The notes under the pieces: model-generated
The model's database searches: none
Seen by the model: the letters and a program-made list of their open reading frames with translations, nothing else
Told to the model about the DNA's origin: nothing
Shown: positions 30,601-43,332 of the stretch, one piece after another
Layout: every line of letters starts with the position of its first letter
Numbering within the stretch: position 1 is the stretch's first letter
Assembly: GCA_964016885.1 (NCBI GenBank)
Contig: OZ024744.1
Coordinates: 25,792,001 to 25,856,000 of the forward strand
Direction: 5' to 3'
Length of the DNA stretch: 64,000 bases
Origin: Eledone cirrhosa
Taxonomy: Eukaryota
Translations under genes and position numbers: made by a program

Positions 30601-31649
30601 CTCCCCTATATCTCCCTACTAACTCTCTCTCCCCTATATCTCCTACTAACTCTCTCTCCCTATATCTCTCTACTAACTCTCTCTCCCCTATATCTCGCAA
30701 CTAACTCACTCTCTCCCCTATATCTCCATACTAACATTCTCTCCCTTATATCTCCCTAGTATCACTGTCTCCACTATATCTCCCTACCAACACTCCCTCC
30801 TCTATATCTCCCTATTAACTCTCTCTCCAATATATCTCCCGTCTAACTCTCTCTCCACTATATCTCCCTGCTAACACTCCCTCCCCTATATCTCCCTACT
30901 AACTCATTCTCCCCTATATCTCCCTACTAACTCTCTCTCTCCTATATCTCCCTACTAACTCTCTCTCCACTATATCTCCCTACTAACTCTCTCTCCCCTA
31001 TATCTCCCTACTAACTCTCTCTCACCGCTATATATCCCTGCTAACTCTCTCTCTCCCCTATATCTCCCTACCAACTCTCTCCCCTATATCTCCCTACTAA
31101 CTCTCTCTCCCCCTATATCTCCCTACTAACATTCTCTCCCCTATATCTCCCTACTGACACACTCTCCCCTATATCTCCCTACCAACTCCCCCTCCTCTAT
31201 ATCTCCCTACTAACTCTTTCTCCCGTATATATCCCTACTAACACTCTCTCCTCTATATCTCCCAAATAACTCTCTCTCTGCCTTATATCTCCCTACTAAC
31301 TCTCTCTCTCCCCTATATCTCCCTACTAATTCTCTCTCTCCTCTATATCTCCCTACTAACGTTCTCTCCCCTATATCTCCCTAGTAACTCTCTCTCCCCT
31401 ATATCTCCCTACTAACTCTCTCTCCCCTATATCTCCCTACTAACTCTCTCTCCCGTATATATCCCTACTAACACTCTCTCCCCTATATCTCCCTACTAAC
31501 ACTCTCTCCCCTATATCTCCTACTAACACTCTCTCCCCTATATCTCTCTACTAACTCTCTCTCTTCCCTATATCTCCCTACTAACTCCCTCTACCCTATA
31601 TCTCCCTACCTACTCTCTCTCCCATATATCTCCCTACCTACTCTCTCTC

Positions 31650-33044
31650 CTCTATATCTCTATCTCTCTCTCTTTTATCTCTCTCTACATTACATCTTTG
31701 CCCTAAATCTCTATCTCTCTCTATCCTATCTCTCTCTACAGTACATCACTCCCCTATATATCTATCTCCTTCTCTCTCCTATCTCTCTCTACAGTACATC
31801 TCTCTGCTATATCTATATCTCCTTCTCCTTCCTATATCTCTCTACATTACATCTCTCTCCTATATATCTATCTCACTCTCTCCTATCTCTCTCTACAGTA
31901 CATCTCTCACCTATATACATCTCTCTCTCTCCTATATTTCTATCTCTCTCCTATCTCTCTCTACAGTAAATCTCTCCCCTATATCTTTATCACTCCCTCT
32001 GCTATCTTTCTCTACAGTACATCTCTCCCCTATTCCCCTATCTCTCTCTCTCCTATCTCTCTCTACAGTACATCTCTCTTCTATATATCTCTCTCTCTCT
32101 CCTATCTCTCCCTATATCTCTATCTCTCTCTCTCTCTCCTATCTCTCTCTTCTCTATATCTCTCCCCTATATCTCGATCTCTCTCTCTCTCATATCTCTC
32201 TCAACAGTACATCTCTCCTCTATATCTCTATCTCTCTTTCTCTCCTATCTCTCTCTTCTCTATATCTCTTCCCTCTATGTCTATCTCTCTCTCTCCTATT
32301 TCTCTCTACAGTACATCACTCTCCTATATCTCTATCTCTCTCTCTCCTATCTCTCTCTACAGTACATCAATCTCCCATATCTCTCTCTATCCCTCTCCTC
32401 TCTCTTTCTACAGTACATCTCTCACCTCTATATCTCTCTCTCTCCTATCTCTCTCTACAGTACATCTCTCACCTATATATCTCTATCTCTCCTATCTCTC
32501 TCTCTCTCCTATCTCCCTCTACAGTACATCTCTCTCCCCTATATCCCTATCTATCTCTCTCTCTCCTATCTCTCTCTACCGTACATCTCTCTCCTATATC
32601 TATCTCTCTCTCTGTCCTATCTCTCTCTACAGTACATCACTCTCCTATATATATATATCTCTTTCCTATCTCTCTCTACAGTACATCTCTCACCTATATC
32701 TCTATCTCTCTCTCACCTATCTCTCTCTGCAGTACATCTCTCCTCTATCTCTATCTCTCTATCTCTCTCTCTCTCTCTACAGTACATCCCTCTACTATAT
32801 CTCTATCTCACTCCTCTCTCTCTCTAAGGTACATATTTCTCCTATATATCTCTCTCTCCTATCTCTCTCTACAATACATCACGCTCCAATATCTCTCTCT
32901 CTCCTCTCTCTCTCTACAGTACATCTCTCCCCTATCTCCCCCTCTCACCTATCTCTCTCTTCAGCAGATCTCTCCCCTAATTATCTATCTCTCTCTCTCA
33001 TATCTCTCTCTACAGTACATCTCTCCCCTATATCTCTCTCTCTC
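31650..33044. repeat. Satellite B block 6
   Basis: Same diagnostic variants. TTCAGCAGAT at ~32960. Confidence 0.9.
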
Positions 33045-36000
33045 CTACTAACTCTCTCTCCCCTATATCTCCCCACCTTCTTTCTCTCCCCTATATCTCC
33101 CTACTAACTCTCTCTCCCCTATATCTCACTACTAAATCTCTCTCTCCCCTAGGTCTCCCCACCTACTCTCTCTCCCCCATATCTCCCTACTAACACTCGC
33201 TCCCCTATATCTCCCTACTAACCCTCTCTCCACTATATCTCCCTACTAAAACTCTCTCCTATATCTCCTAACTAACTCTCTCTCTCCCCTATATCTCCCT
33301 ACTAACCCTCTCTCCCCTATATATTCCTACTAACTCTCTCTCCCCTATATCTGCCTACTAACATTCTCTCCCCTATAGCTTCCTAGTTACACTCTCTCCC
33401 CTATATCTCCCTACTAACTCTCTCTCTCCCCTATATCACCCTACTAACACTCTCTCCCCTATATCTCCATACTAACTCTCTCTCCCCTATATCTCCCTAC
33501 CTACTCTCTCTCCCCTATATCTCCCTTCTAACTCTCTCTCCCCCTATATCTCCCTACTAACTCTCTCTCCCCTATATCTCCCTACTAACTCTCTCTACCC
33601 CTATATCTCCCTACTAAATCTCTCTACCCTATATCTCCCTACCTACTCTCTCCTCCCTATATCTCCCTACTAACTCTCTCTCCCCTATATCTCCCTACTA
33701 ACTCCCTCTCTCCTATATCTCCCTACCTACTCTCTCCTCCCTATATCTCCCTACTAACTCTCTCTCCACTATATCTCCTTACTAACTCTCTCTCTCCTAT
33801 ATCTCCCTACTAACTCTCTCTCCCCTATATCTCCCTACTAACACTCTCTTCCCTATATCTCCCTACTAACTGAATCTCCCCTATATCTCCCTACTAACAT
33901 TCTCTCCCCTATATCTCCCTACTAACTCTCTCTCCCCCTATATCTCCCTACTAACATTCTATCCCCTATATCTCCCTACCATCTCTCTCTCCCCTATATC
34001 TCTCTACTAACTCTCTCTCCTCAATATCTACCTACTAACTCTCTCTCCCCTATATCTCCCTACGACTCTCTCTCCCCTATATCTCCCTACCTACTCTCTC
34101 TCCCTTATATCTTCCTACTAAATCTCTCGCTTCTCTATATCTCCTACTAAGTCTCTCTCCACTATATCTCCCTACTAACTCTCTCTCCCCTATATCTCCC
34201 TACTAACTCTCTCTCCACTATATCACCCTACAAACTCTCTCTCTCCTATATCTCCCAACTAACTCTCTCTCTCCCCTATATCTCCCTACTAACTCCCTCT
34301 CCCCTATATCTCCCTACTAACTCTCTCTCCCCTATATCTCCCTACTAACACTCTCTCCCCTATTTCTCCCTACCAAGTCATTCTCCTCTATATCTCCCTA
34401 CTAACACTCTCTCCCCTATATCTCCCTACCAACTCATTCTCCTCTATATCTCCCTACTAACACTCTCTCCCCTATATCTCCCTACTAACACTCTCTCACC
34501 TATATCTCCCTACTAACTCTCTTTCCTCTATATCTACCTACTAACTCTCTCTCCCCTATATCTCCCTACCTACTCTCTCTCCCCTATATCTCCCTACTAT
34601 CTCTCTCTCCCCTATATCTCCCTACTAACTCTCTCCCCACTATATCTATCTACTAACTCCCTCTACCCTATATCTCCCTACTAACTCTCTCTCCCCTATA
34701 TCTCCCTACTAACTCTCTCTTCACTATATCTCCCTACTAACTCTCTCTCACCTATATCTCCCTACTAACACTCTCTCCCCTATATGTCCCTACTAACTCT
34801 CTCTCCCCCTATATCTCCCTACTAACTCTCTCTACCCTATATCTCCCTACCTACTCTCTCTTCCCTATATCTCCCTACTAACTCTCTCTCTCCGATATCT
34901 CCCTACTAAATCTCTCTCTCCCCTATATCTCCCTACTAACTCTCTCTCCCCTATATCTCCCTACTAACTCTCTCCCCTATATATCCCTACTAACTCTCTA
35001 TCCCCTATATCTCCCTACTAACTCTCTATCTCCCCTATATCTCCCTACTAACGCTCTCACGACTATATCTCCCTACCTACTCTCTCTTCCCTATATCTCC
35101 CTACTAACTCTCTCTCCCCTATATCTCCCTACTAACTCTCCCTCTCCCCTATATCTCCCTATTAACTCTCTCTCCCCTATATCTCCCTACTAACTCTCTC
35201 TCCTCTATATCTCCCTACTAACTCTCTCTCTCCCCTATATCTCCCTACTAACGCTCTCTCCACTAAATCTCCCTACCTACTCTCTCTTCCCTATATCTCC
35301 CTACTAACTCTCTCTCCCCTATATCTCCCTACTAACTCTCCCTCTCCCCTATATCTCCCTACTAACTCTCTCTCCCCTATATCTCCCTACTAACTCTCTC
35401 TCCTCTATATCTCCCTACTAACTCTCTCTCTCCCCTATATCTCCCTACTAACTCTCTCTCCGCTATATCTCCCTACTAACTCTCCCTCTCCCCTATATCT
35501 CTCTACTAACTCTCTCTCTCCCCTATATCTCCCTACTAAATCTCTCCCCTATATCTCCCTACTAACTCTCTCTCTCCCCTATATCTTCCTACTAACTCTC
35601 TCTCCTCTATATCTCCCTACCAACTCTCTCTCCTTTATATCTCCCTACTAACTCTCTCTCCCCTATATCTCCCTACTAAATCTCTCCCCTATATCTCCCT
35701 ACTAACTCTCTCTCCCCTATATCTCCCTACTAACTCTCTCTCCCCTATATCTCCCTACTAACTCTCTCTCCCCTATATCTCCCTACTAACCCTCTCTCTC
35801 TCCTATATCTCCCGACTAACTCTCTCTCTCCCCTATATCTCCCTACTAACTCTCTCTCCCCTATATCTCACTACTTACTCTCTCTCCCCTATATCTCCCT
35901 ACTAACTCTCTCTCTCCCCTATATCTCCCTACTAACTCTCTCTCCCCTATATCTCACTACTTACTCTCTCTCCTCTATATCTCCCTACTAACTCCCTCTC

Positions 36001-36282
36001 TCCCCTATATCTCCCTACTAACTCTCTCTCCCCTATATCTCGCTACTAACTCTCTCTCCCCTATATATCCCTACTAACTCTCTCTCCCCTATATCTCCCT
36101 ACTAACTCTCTCTCCCCTATATCTCCCTACTAACTCTCTCGCCCATATATCTCCCTACTAACACTCTCTCCCCTATATCTCTCTACTAACTCTCTCTCCC
36201 CTATATCTCCCTACCTACTCTCTCTCCCCTATATCTCCCTACCTACTCTCTCTCCCATATATATCCCTACTAACTCTCTCTC

Positions 36283-36649
36283 CTATATCTCTATCTCTGT
36301 CTCTCCTATCTCTCTCTACAGTACATCTGTCTTCTATATCTCTATCTCTCCCTCTCCTATCTCTCTCTAAAGTACATCACTCTCCTATATCTCTATCTCT
36401 CTCTCTCTCCTATCTCTCTCTACACTACATCTCTCCCCTATATCTCTATCTCTCCCTCTCCTATCTCTCTCTACAGTACATCACTCCCCTATATCTCTAT
36501 CTCTCTCTCTCTCCTATCTCTCTCTACAGTACATCTCTCTCCCCTATATCCCTATCTATCTCTCTCTCTCCTATCTCTCTCTACCGTACATCTCTCTCCT
36601 ATATATCTCTCTCTCTCTGTCCTATCTCTCTCTACCGTACATCACTCTC

Positions 36650-36692
<43 letters not shown>

Positions 36693-36712
36693 CTCTACAA
36701 TACATCTCTCAC

Positions 36713-36767
<55 letters not shown>

Positions 36768-37934
36768 CCCTCTACAGTACATCTCTCTCCCCTATATCCC
36801 TATCTCTCTCTCCTATCTCTCTCTACAGTACATCTCTCTCCTATATCTATCTCTCTCTCTGTCCTATCTCTCTCTACAGTACATCACTCTCCTATATATC
36901 TCTCTCTCTCCTATCTCTCTCTACAGTAAATCTCTCCCCTATATCTTTATCACTCTCTCTCCTATCTCTCTCTACAGTACATCTCTCACCTATATCTCTA
37001 TCTCTCTCTCACCTATCGCTCTCTGCAGTACATCTCTCCTCTATCTCTATCCCTCTATCTCTCTCTCTCTCTACAGTGCATCACTCTACTATATCTCTAT
37101 CTCACTCCTCTCTCTCTCTAAGGTACATATCTCTCCTATATATCTCTCTCTCCTATCTCTCTCTACAATACATCACTCTCCTATATATCTCTCTCTCCTC
37201 TCTCTCTCTACAGTACATCTCTCCCCTATATCTCTATCTCTCTCTCTCCTATCTCTCTCTTCTCTATATCTATCCCCTATCTCTCTATCTCTCTCTACAG
37301 TACATCTCTCTACAGTACATCTCTCTACAGTACATCTCTCTACAGTACATCTCTCTCTCCTATATCTCTATCTCTCGCTCTCCTATCTCTCTCTACAGCA
37401 CATCTCTCTCTCCTATATCTCTATCTCTCTCTCTCCTATCTCTCTCTACAGTACATCTCTCCCCTATATCTCTATCTCTCTCTCTCTACAGTACATCTCT
37501 CCCCTATATCTCTATCTCTCTCTCTCCTATCTCTCTCTACAGTACATCTCTCCCCTATATCTCTATCTCTCTCTCTCCTATCTCTCTCTACAGTACATCT
37601 CTCCCCTATATCTCTATCTCTCTCTCTCCTATCTCTCTCTTCTCTATATCTCTCCCCTATCTCTCTATCTCTCTCTACAGTACATCTCTCTACAGTACAT
37701 CTCTCTCTCCTATATATCTACCTCTCTCTCTCTCCTATCTTTCTCTACAGTACATCTCTCCCCTATATATCTCTCTCTCTCTCTCTCTCCTATCTCTCTC
37801 TACAGTACATCTCTCTCTCTCCTATCTCTCTCTTCAGTACATCTCTCCCCTATATATCTATATCTCTCTCTCCTATCTCTCTCTACAGTACATCTCTCCC
37901 CTATATCTCTATCTCTCTCTCTCCTATTTCTCTA
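36283..37934. repeat. Satellite B block 7 (terminal, with long (CT)n runs)
   Basis: CAGTAC at 37489, 37540 and 37591 gives a 51-bp period. Abuts the first LINE fragment. Confidence 0.9.
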
Positions 37935-38678
37935 CTGCTCGGTGGTCAAAGTTAATGGCCACCTCTCGGAACCGTTTCAAATCTCCCGATCGGTCCGTCA
38001 AGGGTGCCCTCTCTCTTCCCTTCTGTACGTATTGACTCACGAGTCTTTATTGCGGATGCTGGTGCTGTTGCAGGGCATCCCGATTGAACCGGAACGCTGA
38101 AAGGCTGTGTCTGTTTATGTGGACGACATCACCGTGATGGTGCAAACACCTCGGAAATCGAGGTGGTCGGCACCTTAATGAAGGAATATGAAATGTTGAC
38201 ATGAGTGAAACTTAAACCGGTAAAGTCGGTGGGCTTGTAGTTCGGCACCTGGAGAGGCAAGTCCATACCTTCCGACAGAGTCGTGGGGCGCTGGGCGGAC
38301 GGACCGGTAAGTTGCTTGGGGTTTGGTTCGGACCAGACCTCCAGGCGGATAAGATTTGGGACGAGGTAACGAGCAGGGTAGCCAGTCTCACCCAAAAATG
38401 GGCTGCGAGGAAGCTATCACTGAAAGGTCGGGCGGAGTTAGTGAACGCGTACATCGCATGTACTACCGCCTAACAGTCGTGCCTTGCACACGTCCTCACC
38501 ACGCCAAACTGGAACGGCTCCTCTTCAAATGTTTGTGGACGGGACAAATTCCGTTGGTGCGGCGGTCCATCTGCTGCCAGCACCCTCTACGTGGACGGCT
38601 GGGAATGCCGTGGCTAATGAAGCGCAGACATGCGCTGAGGCTGCAGCATCTCCAGATATTCTGGCTAAATAGTGAACA
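37935..38678 (+). mobile_element. Tx1/L1-like non-LTR retrotransposon copy A: internal ORF2 (RT) fragment, degenerate
   Basis: Translates to CSVVKVNGHLSEPFQISRSVRQGCPLSSLLYVLT ... YVDD ... GLGMPWL-like motifs. Collinear with 41306-42053 of copy B. Confidence 0.92.
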
Positions 38679-39405
38679 CTCCTCACAAAAATACACACAC
38701 CAATAAAAACATAAACACACACACAGACACACTTACAAACACAGACCCCTCATCTACCAGTAGTGAAGATGAGGGAAAACCAAAATCCCCCAAAATACAA
38801 AAATGGTAACACAAAAAGGAACAAAAAAACTCAACAAAGCACAAAATCACCCACAATAAAGAAAAAATGCAGACACCACCCACGCAAACATCTCTCCAAT
38901 AACACCAACATCAACACCAACATCACCATCACCAAAATCCCCCAAACGCAAACAACCTAAACAGACGCAAGAACAAATATACACACAAACATCTGAAACC
39001 ACAGACACCGCACTCATAACAAACACAGACACAACCGAAACAACACCACCAAAACCATCACGACCACAGCCACGCAAACAAATAAAATCACACCAACAAA
39101 ACATACAAAACTTCGTGCTCGTCAGGAGGGCCAACAAGGAACCGATGGCCCTCGTAGCACGAAGTGAAATTATACAAAAAGAGGGGGAAATTTTTAAATC
39201 GAGCACATTTCGCGTGCCGGAAGATTGGGTTCTGGTGCGAATGTCGATCGAATTATACAAAGAAATACGAGACAGCTTTCCTCGGGACGTGGGAACTCCG
39301 AACGTAAAACAAACTTCAAGACTTTTAAAGGGGTTCCAAAAAGAAACCCCACCAACTATAGAGGTCGAACAACCCGACCTTCACAAGAGCCCGGAAGGTA
39401 AGTAA
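38679..39405 (+). pseudogene. ORF1 C-terminal remnant of Tx1 copy B
   Basis: A/C-rich, T/K/P-rich coding region in the ORF1 position. It ends GGT AAG TAA like copy C (GGT AAG TGA). FPRDVG resembles FPNAVG of copies C and E. Confidence 0.7.
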
Positions 39406-39437
39406 ACCTTTCCTCTCTCTCTTTTTAACCTGCCAAC

Positions 39438-42400
39438 ATGGACGTATTAAGAGTAGGATGTTTAAATGTTCGAGGCCTGGCATCGTCCTGGAAGCAGGGT
39501 CACCTGCTCAATGACCTCAGATCTCTAGAAATGGATGTAATTGCCGTCAGCAAGAGCAGGATTTCCGACATGCGCGCACTAGCCCCCATTTTCGACGACT
39601 ATCAGATCTTTGCATCTGTTAGCCGACCAGGAATGGGAGGCGGGGTGGCAGGCCTGTTTAGGAAAGGCCTGGATCTCGAGGTAAAGTTGATCTTCCGGGA
39701 CCCGGACGGGAAGTTGGTGGTCCTGGACGTGAACGTAACGAAGGTGGTGCCTTTAGACTGGTGGACGTCTATGCTCCTACTGGGGTAGGACGGCCGGACT
39801 TCTTTAGACGCCTGGAAACCTTTCTGGGCAGGTCTCGCCCTTTACTGTTTGCGGGCGACTGGAACGGCATCTTAGACGCACGCTGGGACTGTGTGGGAGT
39901 ATACGATAGGAGCGGGGGGTGCAAAAGCCTCAAGAACCTGATCAGCCAGTTCCAACTGTCTGACAGGTACCTACTAAATATCCCTAATGCGCCAGTGTGG
40001 ACCTGGCCTAACCGCATAGAGTCATCTAGATCGTATATAGACAGGGTATTCATTAGGAAAATAAACAGAAATAGTGTAAGCTGTCCCCGTTTTGAAACTG
40101 TCGCCTATTCAGATCACAAGTTTGTGATCTGTATGGTCGACCTAGATAAGACGCGTAGGTTAGGACCTGGTTACTGGAAGCTAAACATGTCATTTCCGGC
40201 ACGTAAGGCTCACAGGGACCAGGGCAACAATTTAGTTAAGAAAAAGTTGACAGGGGGAGTCGTCAACAATAGATGGTTGGGGGGCTCTCAAAAGAGCGAT
40301 TAGAGTAATGTCGACAGAGTTTAGCAAAGAAGTAGCATTAGAGAAAAATAGAAAGGAGGGGGAGTTGGTAGATAAGTTAGACGAAGCTATTGGTAATGGC
40401 ATTGCAACTGACGTGCTAGCGGTGAGAATGGCATTAGATCATTTCTTCAATGCGAAACACGAGGGTTGCACTGTCAGAGCTAAGGCGCGTGCTCTGAGAA
40501 ACGAGGGAACCAAAGCTGTTCGATGGGCCCGCGTGGCAGAGGCGCAGCGTGGTAATAAAACCACGATTCAGTCTTTGACGGACAGAGACCCACACGAGCT
40601 GAGCGATTCCAAGCGGATGTGTGAGGCCCTTCGCCAACATTTTGCTCGGTTGTTCGGGGGAAGTGGCGGGTCAGAGATTGTGGCGAACTTCAGTCCCTAC
40701 CTCACTGGCTTTCCGCAAATCTCGACGGCTGAAGCTGGGCGCTGCGAAAGGCCAATTACTTCAGCCGAGATTCAGGATCCCCTTGTCGGCTGCATGAGGC
40801 GCAAGTCACCCGGTTTGGATGGTTTGCCCTACGAGCTTTACGTAAATATGCCAGACTTGTTCTCCAATCTCCTCGAAGCCCTCTACTGCAACTGGCAGCA
40901 AAACGGGAGTATTCCCAGTTCTGTGAGCCGGGGCCTAGTGACGCTGATAAGGAAAGACAAGAACAAGGGGGACACATTAGACAAGTTCAGGCCCATAACT
41001 CTGCTCAACACAGAGTTTAAGATTTTGCCAGGGTGTTAGCGAAGAGGTTGGCGCTTGTCGTCGGGGATTTGGTTGGGGAGGCGAAAACTTCCGCAATCCT
41101 AACCAGGTCTATACACGACAACCTCAACCTAATGCGATACATCATAGAGTGTAGTGTGTAAACCTGGCTTCGGTGGGACTCTGATCAATTTAGATCAATC
41201 GAAAGCATTCGATAAGGTCGACCATCGGTATCTGGAGGCTGTCCTCAAGGTGGCTGGCTTCGGCCCCGTCTTCAGAAGCTGGATCGCTGCAATGCCCAGC
41301 GGCACCTGCTCGATGGTAAAAATTAATGGCCACCTCTCGGAACCGTTTCAGGTCTCCCGATCGGTCCGTCAAAGGTGCCCTCTCTCCTCCCTTCTGTACG
41401 TATTGACTCTCGAGCCTTTACTGCGGAAGCCTGAGCTGTAGCAGGGCATCCCACTCGAACCGGGACGGGGAAAGGCTGTGTCGGCTTATGCTGACGACAT
41501 CACCGTGATGATGTCGGACACCTCAGAAATCGAGGTGGTCGGCAACTTAGAGGAATATGAAAGGTTGACGGGAGCAAAACTTAACCCGGAAAAGTCGGTG
41601 GGCTTGCAACTCACACCTGGAGAGGCAGTCCATGCCGTCCAACAGCGTCCTTAGGCGCTGGACGGACGGACCGGTAAAGCTGCTAGGCATTTGGTTCGGG
41701 CCAGACCTCCAGGTGGATATACATTGGGACGAGGTGACGGACAGGGTAGCCAGTCTCACCCAGAAATGGTCTGGGATGAAGCTATCACTGAAAGGTCGTG
41801 CGGAGGTGTCGAACGCGTACATCCCGTCCGTCATCTACTACCGTCTGACCGTCGTCCCTTGACCCCGTTCGCACCTCGCCATCTTGGAGCGGCTCCTCTT
41901 CAAAATCTTGTGGAGGGGTCAGGTTCCGCTGGTGAGGCGTTCCATCTGCTGCCAGCACCCTCTACGTGGAACGTTGGGCATGCCGTGTCTAATGATGCGC
42001 AGGCACGCGCTGAGGCTGCGGCGTCTCCAGATATTCTGCCTAAACGGTGAACAGGTGTGGTCGCCGTTTGTCAGACGGGTCTTTCCGCAGCTCGTTTCTT
42101 TGACTGAGCTGCAATCCTGGGTCAAGTAGAGACCGAGACCTGGTGACTGGCACCTGGAATGTTGCCAGGCTCTCACTGCCCATTACCAGGCGGGCAATGC
42201 GGTCAGTAGAACTTCCATTCACGAGTACTATAGAGGATTAGTGGTGGGCAAGTGCGAGGACGCACACGGAGAGGCTCTGGGAGTCGAAGAAGTCGAACTA
42301 ACCAGTCTGTTCCGGAGGACTTTCGACTGGGGCCGATAAATAACTTCCAAAAATCCCTCGCTTGGCAGTGCTACCGGGGTGCACTGCCGGTTCGAGATAA

Positions 42401-42849
42401 ACTCTACAGGCACGGAAGTGCTGTCAGACGGACCTGCCCGAGATGCGCGCAGAGCGACGAAACCGTTCTGCACGCACTCGTCCAGTGTCCGTGCATTACT
42501 GACTTGTGGAGTTATGTTGAACAGCTGTTGTCGCGTGTAGAAAGGATCCGGCTATCGGCCGAGTCCATAGTGAAGATCGACCCGCCGCCTTCTTTTGGCC
42601 AGGAAGGGCAGGCAATTTTCCTCTGTCTGGTGGCAGTAGCGAAAGAGGTTGTATGGTGGACGAGGTTGAAAGAACTGAATACAGACACTTTCTCTTCGGC
42701 CAATCCCTCATCAACTTTTTCAAGTTTCACTTGGAAAGGATGGTGAGGGTGGAGAGAGAAGTGCTGCTCCCAGTACATTTGCTGAAAGGTGGGTGAATGT
42801 GGCGAGAATGGCCCGTGTGAATGGGCCTATTCTGGTCATGCGGCTGTAG
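39438..42849 (+). pseudogene. ORF2 (APE endonuclease, reverse transcriptase, C-terminal CCHC zinc knuckle) of copy B, many frameshifts and stops
   Basis: MDVLRVGCLNVRGL, GDWN, YIDRVF, SDH (APE). KSPGLDGLP, FRPITLLN, DQSKAFDKVDH, YADD (RT). CPRCAQSDETVLHALVQC. Confidence 0.93.
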
Positions 42850-43095
42850 GTAGGTAAATTTGAGGAGGAGAAGGGTGCCCCTCCAGGGTGCTCTCGAAGC
42901 GTCGCGTCGTTCAGGATTGGTGGGGTACCTGATCGAACCCTGGGTGGTCATCCCCCCTATAGGGGAATTTTTTCTTGTAATTTTATTGTTACATTATTGT
43001 TACTTTGTTATTGTGATTCATATGGTTTACTCGATTTTTCTGTAAAACCCCACTGTCCCAGTCTTTTGTATTGTCCTTGTGGCCAATAAATGAAA

Positions 43096-43097
<2 letters not shown>

Positions 43098-43136
<39 letters not shown>
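43098..43136. repeat. (ATT)13 tract joining Tx1 copies B and C
   Basis: Read directly. Confidence 0.98.
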
Positions 43137-43332
43137 GGTTGGTGAAGCCACGCTTCTTATCGCCTCCAGTCTTTTATTCCTTTTATTCTAAACCTTTTAT
43201 TCAAGTTTTAAATTTGATAAAACTTTAGAAGTGACCCACCTAATACAGGGGTTCACTAGTAAATTATACGGCACCCCTTTACGGGGTGTCGTATTTGTAT
43301 TTGTGTAACAATATTTTTTGAAAAATTTCAAC

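Larger units (their letters stand above)
1..37934. repeat. Composite satellite array: dominant 28-bp monomer CTAACTCTCTCTCCCCTATATCTCCCTA (26/30-bp variants from CT slippage) interleaved with blocks of a second, CTACAGTACATC-containing monomer
   Basis: Period 28 read directly (CTAACT at 2521 and 2549). The + strand is almost devoid of G over 38 kb. The array runs off the left edge of the window. Confidence 0.97.
38679..43097 (+). mobile_element. Tx1/L1-like non-LTR retrotransposon copy B (5' part missing)
   Basis: ORF1 C-terminal region, ORF2 with APE+RT+CCHC, 3' UTR ending AATAAATGAAATC followed by (ATT)13. Confidence 0.93.

Noticed and set aside
6175-38035. Long S/L/Y/I/P-rich ORFs (up to 357 aa) in the satellite
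   Set aside because: They are translations of stop-poor CT-rich repeats with no domain content. The ORF at 37076-38035 only runs out of frame into the LINE fragment.
43137-43330. HDV-like ribozyme at the Tx1 5' end
   Set aside because: I could not identify the nested double pseudoknot or the catalytic C by eye. Only simple hairpins are supported.
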